From Mobula hypostoma (lineage: Eukaryota), in the NCBI RefSeq assembly GCF_963921235.1, contig NC_086097.1:64048001-64112000 (forward strand): 64,000 nt of DNA, written 5' to 3'. The notes under the pieces are model-generated. The model did no database searches and was not told the DNA's origin. It saw nothing but the letters and a program-made list of their open reading frames with translations. Positions 39,100 to 50,364 of the stretch are shown here, in pieces. A program made the position numbers and the translations under genes. Within the stretch, counting starts at the first letter, position 1. Every line of letters begins with the position of its first letter.

Positions 39100-41060
39100 A
39101 TCTTTTACCTCAGCGCTCTTTTCTGGCAATAAGCTGATAGCCATGCATAACCTATCATCCAAAAAACTACCAGCCCTTGTCTTGAATATACTCATCAACT
39201 GAGCCTCCACGTCTTTCTTTAATAAAGGATTCCAAAGATTCCCCATTCTGAATAGCTGACATTTCAGTGGATTACCTCTGCTCTTCCAACTCGACACTGT
39301 AACCATCCACCCTCCATCCCCTCTCTCTACACCCCACCTCCAACACTCACATATTCCTCTAAACTCGGGAAAACACAAACCCTTCATCACGTCAATCAGG
39401 CTGATGAGCTTTCAGAGCCCTAAAGCATTTTCTCAGTCACAAGTAGACCAGACTTGTAAACGATATTCCATATGTGATCTCTCCAGGGCCCCTTTTCACT
39501 TCCGCAATCCGTCCAAACCCTTGTACTCAATACCTTTACCATCATACCATTTTCCTTTCTAATGACTTGCATATTAACCTTCACTGATTCCTGTACAAGG
39601 ACATCCAGGTCCATCTGAACACCAACAATTTTCAAACACGTCACTTAGAAGACACTCGGCTTTTGTTTTTTTTCTACCAAAGTGATTGACTTTACATTTT
39701 TCCACATTATATTCCATCTGATACTGTATGTTCCTGCCCATTCCCTTAACCAATTTCTCCCTGAAATCTTTCTGAATACACCCCATAACCTGCAGTATGC
39801 CCCAGTTGTGTCATGAGCAAAGTTGGGTACATTGCACTCACTGTCTTCACCCATATCAATGGGTGCCTCTACCTAGAAGTTTGTGAACAGTCAGCATGTC
39901 GACTAAAACTCTGACAAACTTCTATCAGTGTGTGGTGGAGAGTATATTGACTGCTTGCATCATGGCCTGGTATGAAAACACCAATGCCTTTGGATGGAAA
40001 ATCCTACAAAAGGAAGTGGATACAGCCTAGTCCACCATGGGTAAAGCCCTCCCCATCACTGAGCACACCTACATGGAGCGCTGTTGCAGGAAAGCAGCAT
40101 CCGTCATCAAGGACCCTCACCGTCCAGGCCCTGCTCACTTCTTGCTGCTGCCATTAGGAAAAAGGTACAGGATCCTCAGGTCCCACACCACCAGGTTCAG
40201 GAGCAGTTAATAACCCTCCACTATCAAGCTATATAACCAAAGAGGATAACTTCACTCAACTTTACTCACTCCAACACAGAACGATTCCCTAAACCTATGG
40301 ACTCACTTTCAAGGATCCTTCATCTAATGTTGTCAATTGATTGATTGATTTATCTATTTATTTATTTGCTTTCTTTCTTTCTTGTTCATCTTGTTGGATG
40401 TGTTCTTTAATTGATTCTATTGTTTCTTGTATTTACTATGAATGCCCACAAGAGAATGAATCTCAGTTGTATATGGTGACATACATGTACTTTGACAATA
40501 AACTTGCTTTGAACTTTGAATACGTTTGGATTGACAATTCTCTAGGATTGCATTAGTCTCAATTTCTAAACCTGAAAATTATTTATTCATCCAAAGTCAT
40601 TCTTTTTGCTTGTTAACCAATCCACAGTGCAATCTTTTATGCCCGAAACAGTGTACTCAAATTGTGTTTATTAATCTTTTGTGTGATGCTCAAAGATCTT
40701 CTGAAAATCGAAATACACCACATCATCTATTCGCAAACAACAGGAATTCTGCAGATGCTGGAAATTCAAGCAACACACATCAAAGTTGCTGGTGAACGCA
40801 GCAGGCCAAGCAGCATCTATAGGAAGAGGCGCAGTCAACGTTTCAGGCCGAGACCCTGTTAGTTAGTCTCAAAAAGATTTTAACAGATTTTTCAAACTTA
40901 ATTTCCCTGTCATAGATTCATGCTGGCCCTGTCCAATCCTCGTTTTATTTTCCAAATGCTCTGTTAACATCCTTTTATTAATAGCTTTCAAAAATTTCCC
41001 CATGGTTTTAATCATACTAATGTCTATACTTAGTTCCTGGTTTTGTCTCCCGCCTTGTAA
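39100..41060 (-). mobile_element. Old CR1 LINE with nested Rex1 (about 39890-40520, +) and Penelope repeat (40735-40857)
   Basis: CR1-like QMEYNVEKCKVNHFG and NFAHDT. The insert has Rex1 VESILT.CI.AWY and a tail ending CTTTGAACTTTGAA. Confidence 0.75.
40735..40857 (-). repeat. Penelope-like terminal repeat truncated inside the hammerhead (lacks CUGANGA)
   Basis: Nearly identical to 60449-60570. It stops at GAGACCCT, the start of stem II. Confidence 0.85.
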
Positions 41061-43597
41061 AGTGGAGTTACACCTGCAAGCAGCATAGACTAGTTCTGCT
41101 TCTCATGCTCTCTCCTTTCCTGATTTTAGTTTCTTGGGCTTCAGTTCAACCATTTCTACGTTCTTTAAGAAAGGTTTCACTTTAAAACAAAACAGACATG
41201 TTTTCCATGTATTAATGGAACACAAATTTTATTAACGTGCCACTACCCCACAGAGAAAAGTGCTACCGTCGATCTGTGTTGAATTTGAGAATCTAAACTA
41301 GGCGCAGCGGTGAGAAGCTATAATGGCCTCATGGTCCCTAGGGCCTACAGAAGATCTAGAACGTATGAAGAGAATTTAATATTTCCAACATGCGGATGTG
41401 GGGAGCAGGTGGAAATATTAAGAACCTATGGTTTGCAATATTCTTAACATAAACATCTGCAGAGGCAGGGATATCTAATAAATTGGCCCCAGCAAACTCA
41501 CCAATTGACACAAACCATCTTTTTTTCATTCACTTACAACTACTGAGAGACTACTAGACAGGTATATGGAGGAATTTAAGGTGGGGGGTTATATGGGAGA
41601 CAGGGTTTGAGGGTTGGCGCAACATTGTGGGCCAAAGAGCCTGTACTGGGCTGTACTATTCTATGTTTTATGTTCTAACTACTTTCAAACAAGATAAAAT
41701 TCAACCTATGCGATAGAGTTGGTAGCTCAGTGTTGGTGTGTAACAATGAAGTGAAAGAGGGAATTAGTGTTGACTCCTAATATTTTGCCCCTATAACAAT
41801 GACTATTAAAAAACTTATAACCTATCTGAACCAAAGAGGGATTTTCTTTCCAGAGAGCCAAACCAGCAGATTTGCCACAGAAATGCTGATGGGTTTAAAG
41901 TGCCAAGCCACAATTGTCAAACTTCCGATGCCAGCTTTTGACTTCAAATTATGATTTAACTTTATGATCACTGAGATACAACCTAAAATTTGGGATGAAT
42001 CTCAAAAAAAAACATGGTTGATTTGTTGACAAAGGAAATAAAGTGTAGAAATGTTGATTTTTTTTAATTAATTGTGGTAACTTGCAAAACTGGAGCTTTG
42101 ACATGTTATAGGGTGGAAACACGTTACTGAGATTGGGCAGTGTACTTACACAGGGATTTGGGAAGCAGAAGGCGGGTTTTAATAGGGGTCTGCTAAAGTA
42201 GAAGCTGCTGTATATCGGTGAGCTCAAGCATCACTTGATTGGCATGAAATACAGAATTTTAGATGACCTCACATTTGCAGAGTGTAAAAGGTGGACGTTT
42301 GGGTAGATTATCAAGAGACAAATCCGAGGGTAAATAAGTCCGTCACTGAGTGCTTCCAGCAAAAAATGAGCATGGACATTACAGAATTGGAAACACGGGA
42401 TCGTAGACTCTCTGAGGGGTTGCTGTTCTCTTTTTTATCTCTTCACATATGCAAGCTATCACATCCTTGTGTGTCTATACACACAGAGGGCTGGAACAAT
42501 GCAGGTGATAAGCAGAATACTGCTATCCTGTCTTGCTGCCCTTACGTGATTTTGAACATGGCCACTCTCTGGTAAACACCACCACTGTTAACACCATCAT
42601 TTCTCTTTTTTCTAGTTTTACCTCACAATTCTCTTTTTCTAGTTCATTACAATGATCACAAAAGGACAAAGGGAAGCAAGTGCATGGAGACACCACCACC
42701 AGACTGTAGGCTGCCCTCCATGTCACTCAGCATCCTGATTCGGAGATATGTTAGTTTCTTCACCATTGCTAGATCTAAATCAGGAAACTTCCCACCCAAT
42801 TGCAATGCATTGCAGCATTGAAGTTTAAAAGGTTCAATGGGAGAATTCATTTGCACGGTAATAATTCACCCACTTCCTCTGGTTAGTAATATTCCTGGTA
42901 TGCAATTTCTACTCAGTGATGTATTAAAAACCCATCAATCAGAACATCCCCTTAAATCTCTCGTTAAGCCTCAGTTCTAAGAACAGTAAGGGATGCCAAC
43001 TGGGCCCTTTCATATTTCATTCTTGCAAACCCACTGACCTCTTCCAGCTAATACAGAAGATGAAGTATCACTTCCTTGTGCTACAGGCTTTTTGGAATAT
43101 TTTTGTCTGCTGACCACAGTGCTTCATTCCTGCATACACAGCAGTAATGCAAGGTTTAAGTTAATCCTTGCTATCCCACTGCTATCAGACTCCAGTACCA
43201 GAAAAGCACTCTTGGCCTTGTGATCTAATTTGTTATGATCTTACACTATCATTTACCTACACAGCACTTTGTCAGCAGTGTTTGTACTTTGCTACTGTTC
43301 TAGCTGAAAGCACTGCAAAACGGTTTCATCTATATGAACAGTAAGCAAGACACGATTTTCACTGCAGGTGACAATATAAACCAATGCCTCTGCTGTTATT
43401 TTTTCAATAAGTTTCCTCAATTTGTCATGAGCGCACATGGCTGTTTTGTACTGAGAACAGCACAAAGGGATTTTGAGAAGTGCGGTGCCCCAGATTGTAT
43501 GCAAGTGAAACGCGCAATGCAATATGAGCGTCAATATAATATTATCTAAATGTACGTGCTGTAATACTGTACAAGGAATTTTAAATGCTTCATTAAC

Positions 43598-43603
43598 TTT
43601 ATT
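43598..43603 (-). terminator. Likely NFKBIA polyadenylation signal AATAAA
   Basis: TTTATT on the + strand, about 430 nt after the stop codon, at the end of an AU-rich UTR. Confidence 0.65.
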
Positions 43604-44036
43604 TGACAAAAATAAATATCAAAGAGTTGTATCAAATATTCTCACTAGATAATGTACAGTATTTACAGTACTTTACACATTTACACTTTATACATGACAA
43701 ATATAGGCAGTATGCTAAAATACAACATTTCAGTCATCCGCTCCATGCAATTGAGAATACAGTGCATTCAGTAAATCCCTTTATACCAGGAGATCTCATT
43801 TTACATCTATAACTTACAACATCACATCCTCTGCTTCCGAATACTTTTTAAATTACATAAAAATTATTTAAGATACATGGGCACCCAGCTGCATGACTTG
43901 TAAATATTAGTGTCTGTCATTGATGTTTTTCATCAAAGGAGATGATTGGGTAACCATGCTTCAATACATGTCTCCAACTCTTTAGATGAATTGAAATACA
44001 GAAAGTGCAGAGTAGCAATGTGTAAAGGGATCATCT

Positions 44037-44090
44037 TCAGCACCCAAGTGGCCGTCCCCCAATTACGCAGTCATCATATGAGAAAGGAAC
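44037..44090 (-). CDS. NFKBIA: NF-kappa-B inhibitor alpha, exon 6
   Basis: A TTTTCCCAG acceptor is followed by VPFSYDDCVIGGRPLGC and TGA, containing the IkB-alpha YDDCVxGG motif. Confidence 0.93.
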   Translation of the reverse strand, partial: VPFSYDDCVIGGRPLGC

Positions 44091-44261
44091 CTGGGAAAAT
44101 AAGGAATTGCACATGAGCAACAAATTTGGTGGCAAACATATTTCACCTCATATTATATAAGACAATGGTTTTAGTCCATACAAATTTAGTCGTCCACATT
44201 ATCAGCTACCAAAATGTGTGTTTTAAACATTGCACAGATAATAATCTTCCAGCTCACTCAC

Positions 44262-44510
44262 CTCCCAGTCAGAAGATTCATAATCCCACATCTGATTATC
44301 TTCATAGAAAATGTGCAGAGATGGATCTGTCACATTGATAAGTTCCTTCTGTATCGTCAGATTATCCCGTCCCAAGGTCAGATGGTAGGGCGCACAGTCA
44401 TTGTACATTAGGACATTGGGATCTGCTCCACACTGCACCAGCAGTGACACCATTTCAGCATCCTGCTCCTCCACTGCAAGATGAAGCGAAGTCCTGCCAC
44501 TGGATGGCTC
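44262..44510 (-). CDS. NFKBIA: NFKBIA exon 5 (ankyrin repeats 5-6 and acidic region)
   Basis: Encodes EPSSGRTSLHLAVEEQDAEMVSLLVQCGADPN...YESSDWE, with a CAG acceptor and a GTGAGT donor. Length is 249 bp. Confidence 0.95.
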
Positions 44511-44618
44511 CTGAGGGGGGAAAGCAGAGCTTGTGGTTAGGGACATGCAAGGGAAAAGTGACCGGTTATCAGCCATCAAAGCAAAAGCTGCCAATTCGAA
44601 AGAAATCAATCAAGTTAC

Positions 44619-44707
44619 CTGCGCATTAATATCAGCTCCTAGCTGTATTAAGTATTTCACCATATGGGGAAGTCTGTTCTTCACTGCCAAATGCAAACAG
44701 GTAAGAC
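44619..44707 (-). CDS. NFKBIA: NFKBIA exon 4
   Basis: Encodes (G)LTCLHLAVKNRLPHMVKYLIQLGADINAQ with AG/GT boundaries. Length is 89 bp. Confidence 0.95.
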
Positions 44708-44940
44708 CTGAAATTGAAAAACATGGAAATATTTCAAATATTGCAACCAACCAGTATTCAAAGATGTTAAATCTCATGAAAATTCCATATTATTGCCAAA
44801 ACAAGGACTGTATAAAATAGCAAATGATTTTGTTTAGAATTATCCAATGTTATTTTGTGTCAATTTCCAACTTACAGATATCAAATTGAATGAGAAATTA
44901 GTATTCCTAGTGGACCTGTAGAAATAATAGATAACTGTAC

Positions 44941-45151
44941 CATTGTAGTTCTTGCTATCCAGGAGGCTCTGGATATCACGTCTTGTGCAGAACTCATTGA
45001 TGATGTTCACACACGCAAACAAATTCATCTCGCAAGCGATGTGCAGAGGTGTGTTGCCACTAATGTCCCTCTGTCCCAGGTCTCCTCCGACCCAAAGCAA
45101 AGACTGCAGCACATCAGTCTGTTGTGTGATCACTGCCAGATGCATGGCACT
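44941..45151 (-). CDS. NFKBIA: NFKBIA exon 3
   Basis: Encodes SAMHLAVITQQ...GNTPLHIACE...KNYN(G) with AG/GT boundaries. Length is 211 bp. Confidence 0.95.
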
Positions 45152-45265
45152 CTGGGAAAATGGAAAAAAAGAGAGAACAATTCCAGTTAGAGTGCTGAAT
45201 GGAAAACGTCAGAGCGGGAAAACTGAGCGTGACGTCTTTGTTCCATTTGTCAGTTAAATACACCT

Positions 45266-45275
45266 GGGACTTCCC
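45266..45275. promoter_or_regulatory. kB site GGGACTTCCC in NFKBIA intron 2
   Basis: Exact GGGRNNYYCC match. A CRE-like TGACGTCT lies nearby at 45230. Confidence 0.6.
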
Positions 45276-45430
45276 AGCCTCAGGAAACCACCCTTTTCAC
45301 CCGCGCCTCGGTTCTTTACAACAATCTACACCCAGCTTCTAAGCAATCTAATTTACAATAGAGCATAAAAAGGCTGCTAATATTATTACCAAAAAAAGCA
45401 TAAACTTGCAAACAGAAAGATCATAGCTAC

Positions 45431-45539
45431 CTGTTTCAGGTTATTCTGGCGGTGGAGATACTGATCTCCATCCTGGATATTTTTGAGGATCTGGAGAGCA
45501 ACGTCTTTGGCAGTATGGATGATGGCCAGATGCAGGAAC
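45431..45539 (-). CDS. NFKBIA: NFKBIA exon 2
   Basis: Encodes (T)FLHLAIIHTAKDVALQILKNIQDGDQYLHRQNNLKQ with AG/GT boundaries. Length is 109 bp. Confidence 0.95.
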
Positions 45540-45620
45540 CTAAGACAAGGAAAATGCCACGTTAAAACTTGCTGTTCGGGCCTCGGCTGCAGCGACGCAC
45601 CGTAACTCACGGCAAGAGAC

Positions 45621-45775
45621 GGAACTCTCCAGGATTGCGCAAGCTCGGTTTTTTTTGGGTACTTTCCACACTGTTAAATATTTATCAGTTAACCAGAGGT
45701 TGGCCACCTGCCAGGGACTTTCCAAGCTTAGACAGGAACTGCACCGCCCAGCGCCTCGACAGAACATGGTGTTCT
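45621..45775. promoter_or_regulatory. NFKBIA intron-1 enhancer candidate with C/EBP, kB and GRE sites
   Basis: TTGCGCAA (45635-45642), GGGTACTTTCC (45657-45667), GGGACTTTCC (45714-45723) and AGAACATGGTGTTCT (45761-45775). Confidence 0.75.
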
Positions 45776-46119
45776 CAACAATTTCTTAATCAGATCCTTT
45801 CTTCAACCCCCAACCCCAGCAGAAACTTCTGCACGGACATTTTAATCTGACTAAAAATTAAGTTGGAATAAAACTCTCATAAATTAAGCATAAATTTTCC
45901 AATCTGATTTGAACTCTACATTTTATCACTTTACGCGCTAGTTACAATGTTGAGTTATTCGACTAGGCATGTTTTTTTTTCTCCCCAGCGAGAACTTCTT
46001 TACGGATGCACTTTTAGAATGCAAGGTTTTTTTTGAATAAGATGCATTTGCATTCCCCTTTTTATAAAACCAGGAAAAAAATGCAAACTAATTAAAGTAA
46101 CAGCTTCCAAACGACTTAC

Positions 46120-46388
46120 GTGTCTCCGTCCTCCGAGACGAAGTCTTTCCAAGACTGGGGTGTCTCGGGCTTGTCGGTCAGGCTGAGTTCCCTGATCTCC
46201 CGCAACACCTCCTCATCCTTCTCATTCATGGAGCCGATACCACTGTCACAACGCTCCTCGTACAGCCCGGCCAGTTTGCCGTTGGCCCCGCTCTGCCCCG
46301 CTCCGCTCGCAGCGTCCAGCTTGCCCTTCCCACCGTAGTGCTGATCCAAGCCATCGATGCAATTGTTAAATAAAACGTAGTCGGCCAT
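46120..46388 (-). CDS. NFKBIA: NFKBIA exon 1 coding part (signal-response domain)
   Basis: ATG at 46388. It contains the IKK/beta-TrCP degron DSGIGS, the NES-like VLREIRELSL and ...EDGD(T), with a GTAAGT donor. The six exons join into an open 981-nt CDS. Confidence 0.96.
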
Positions 46389-46499
46389 GCTTCAAACACA
46401 AGGAAAAGTTTTCCCCGCGAAAGAGGGACACACGGGGTGAGAAATTAAAAAAAAAACAAAACCCACAAAAATCGAGTATCTCCCAGGCCAGCGAGCTCG

Positions 46500-47000
46500 A
46501 CCGTCGCGTTTGAGCTGCTGGTCGACGCTGCAACAGATTTAAAACTTCGCATTTCGGGGATTTTTCTGGGCGGGGTTACTTGTCTCCGCCTTCTGCTCGA
46601 GTCACGAAAAGCCTCTGTGCTTTTCGCTGGGAAATTCCGGAGGATAGCAAGTACATACAATTAAATAGAGAACTTAGTGTGCCGAGTGGGGAAATGAGGG
46701 AAAATACCCACGGTTGGAGCGTGCAGTCCACTGAGCAACGGGAAGCTCCACCGAGTAATGGGCAGAGTGTTCAAGAATCCTTTCCCACCAGTATGGGGTG
46801 TGCTGTGATGCATTACTTAGTAATCATCCACATATTCACGGGGTACTTTTATTGGGGTAATAATTTGCAGAGTTTTCCCCCTTTTTCGAGGTGAACTTCT
46901 GGTGGAGTAACGGAACACTTTGGAAGCTGTGTGAAAATTTTGGGAAACCCCCAATCGTTAGCGTATTTTGTGCGCGGGAACATCCCGACTTCCGAAGGGG
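46500..47000 (-). promoter_or_regulatory. NFKBIA promoter / CpG-rich region with clustered kB sites
   Basis: TTTAAA (46538-46543), GGGATTTTTC (46557-46566), GC box (46568-46575), GGGAAATTCC (46629-46638), GGGAAACCCC (46942-46951) and GGAACATCCC (46977-46986). CpG density is visibly high. Confidence 0.85.
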
Positions 47001-50000
47001 TTTTGGCGTTCAAAGTCTGCATATCCTCTCCCGTGGAAAGTATGCATGGGAGGGGGGAGTTTAAGCGAAGGTGGTTTTGAAACAAATGACCTTTGGTTAT
47101 TCTGCTCTTTTTTTAGAGCAATGGGAATGTGGGAGTGCTAGAAATGAAATCAGAATGCTAATAGTTGTATTCTGCAGATTGCTTCCGCTACAAAACATTC
47201 CATGAACTAGCCGGAGAGATCCTGAAGTAAGTTCACAACTTCCCGCCTAATATCAAACTCCACTGCACTGCTCAGCAAGGCCTCCAGTGTTTCTCCTCAA
47301 ATAGGCCTCAACACAAAAGCAATGGTGCAGCAGTTTGCAATATCAAAATTAAGTTTTTTTTATTATTATCACTTAATATTAGAAAATAATGCTATCATGA
47401 AAACAAAAAAAAGATGCAATCTTCTTTACATTGCAATAAGAACTATCACCACACATTAAATAAAATACATATTGTAAATTATGGCCAGCAGTTACTGGTG
47501 TAATTAACACAATTTAAATGGATCTTTGAAGGAGAAAGAAAACCCTTCCTTATACCCGTTTTCCAGAGTATTTTTCCCCAAAGATAGAAACAAAGGGAAA
47601 TACAAAAGACCCACCAGTTACCTGTTTGATAAATGTTCCACGGGTAGGATGCCAAGCTCTATGTATCCACTAGCAATGTACAGTTCTCACTTACACCAAC
47701 TCCCCCGTGACTTTCCACTTCGGAAGGGCCACACTGATTAGCTGATATCCAGTACTGGACATCTGTGACATCCTGAAATTAAACACTGAGTAATTGGAGG
47801 CTCCTTCCTTCTGCCTCCATCCCACATTCTACTCTCTAATCATCGATTCTATCTTCCTCACTTGTCCAGTCTCAAGTTTGGTTACCCTAAGCTAAGTTAT
47901 CAGTTCTTTCCATCTTAAAGACTGCCCACTGCTACCACTGTGAGAGTTCCTTATCTTCAAGCCGGAATCACACGATGGAACTGTCACTGGTGATTTTGTT
48001 AATTAAAGACCAGTGTTGTCTTAATTATACTTTCACATTTTACCTTCCAAAATCTTGAGCTCATCCAGCATTCTATTGCAAATAACCAGATCCACACCAA
48101 TTTCCTACATCTAACCCTTCTGTGTGCTGACCTACAGTACATTGGTTTCAGGTATACCAAATGTTCAGTCATAAAACTCTCAGCCTTGTGTCCAGTTGGC
48201 TCCATGGTTACACCCTTTCCTTTGTCTGTGGCCTTTTCCAGTGTAACAAGCCTACAAAAACACATATACACGACTGTGCCCTAGTGAATCTCACATTGCC
48301 CATGAATGCCATCAGCCTTCTAGATATTAGGAACTGAGCACAAATTCATTTTCTACCATTTCCACTTCTGACAGAAGTCACCTTCCTGATGTTTTAACTT
48401 TGTTTCTCTCTCCACGGATCCTGCTATTTCCAGGAAAAAAATGCTCAGGCATTTTTAAAATCATGTTGAAGACTGGATTTTTTTTTAGCATTTGATGCAC
48501 AGATGTATGTGATTCAGAAAAAAATAGGTTTGTGCACGTTTTTAAAATGTCACATAAGACCAGCACAAATTTATATCTGGATTTCTGGGGAACTACTGAT
48601 GAAACATGTCTTTTCACAGCTGTACGTCCTCGTAAGTATCCGCGGCATTGCATCAGTAGTAGTGACTGAATAGGCAAGATCAGGCTGAAGGCCTCAACCA
48701 CTTCGTTAGTGCAATATGGAAAATAATACTCAGGATTGGCTCAGGGCCTAAGGAGCGCCCTCTTCTGGATCAGCAGTAATTCTTGTGCCTTTTTAAAAAT
48801 ATTATCTCAGGGTTCTTGTTGGTTCTTTTTTGCTCCATTTTTTCCTTAAAGGTACTAACTTCTGACTGGTTTACTAGTTATCCTCTGATAAATATATTTA
48901 ACATGTTATTTTCTTTAAAAGTCCCTATCTAGTCTTCTTGAGCATGAATAACAATGAATTGAGCCTTTTACAGACTCTTTGCACTTCTCTTCTGCAATGT
49001 AATTCTTGTTGCAACATGGGTACACTGGTGACCTGGTGCTTAAACAACAGCAGCTGTAGAATTTTACTTCAGATTAATAAAATGATTGTGGATCTATCGG
49101 ATTATAGATTAGAATCTATTACAACCTATTAATAACAAACTGGTTCATTAATATCCTTTAATAATCTGCATAGCTCCCTGGTCTGGTCTTTAGACCAGCA
49201 CCAATGTGGCTGATCTTGAAATGGTCCAGCAAGCCACTCACTTCAGTGCCAGTTAAGAAAATGCAAGAAGATGAAGCTCCTAAAAATAAATTATATACGT
49301 ATACTTGTGCAAATGTGTACAGATATCTGAAGTGTAGTTTACTTGCAAAACTAAATCTGCCTGCGTGACCCAGAAGCAGGTGCTGCACAGTCTGCATTAT
49401 CCCCGACTGGGTGGATCACTTTGGAGTTTGGACCTCTTCCAGTACTGCCAACACCTAGCATCTCCAAAGCCGAATCTTGCCTATTGACAGACTCAGGTAA
49501 CTGCCAGGGGAGCAGAGCAATATACCATCCTCCACTCTTACCTGAGGTGTTAGAATTGCATATCTGCACTCTTAGCCTTCATTACCACAGCTCTACTTTC
49601 TAATCCAGACATCAGAATGTCCTGTAGTGCTCGAGGCACTCTCCAGCCCTGGAGAATCATTGCTTTTCCAAAGCCCACAAGAAGGCAGCATGCAGTGGCT
49701 AGAAGCAAATAGTTAGGTCGCCTTGGAGCTAAAAATAGAATCCTGATCTTTCTGTTAATGCAACAAATTCAAAATAAATGAACATATATTTGTTGGTTGT
49801 GGCTGGGAGGGAAAACTGGAGTGGAAGCAGGCCGAATGCAAATTTACTCAACTTCCTGAAGGAAAGTTAGTTAATTTATTACCATATGCAAGTGGCCAAG
49901 TGTCTGTTTTAGGTAGTCTTCTTATTGAATGAATACCCTGCAAGCTCAAAATGGTGTTGGACATTTTTAAGGAGCTTTTGGACTATGAAATTTGTCTTTT

Positions 50001-50364
50001 TCGTTTTTCATTCTGAAGGCCGGTACAATAATGACCAACTTCTAATCTTTGTCGTCTAAATAACATTTAACTGCCCATTTAAGGAAATGTCATAGCTTGC
50101 TCACGCCAAGAAAGTATTAGAGATTAGTGTTCATTAACATGTAGAAACCAACTTATTACTGATTTTTTAAAACAACACAATGTGTTATCACATTATGCAA
50201 AAATCATCAATAACTGTTTTTGTACAATCTATATTTTTGAAAATAGAGCTGATGTGCGTGGCACAGAGACATGGAGGCAGAGGAACCCAATCTATACTTT
50301 AAATTGGTGAAACAGATTAATTCAACAGCTTTGTTTTGTTCATTGTTGGACTTCATGAATAAAT

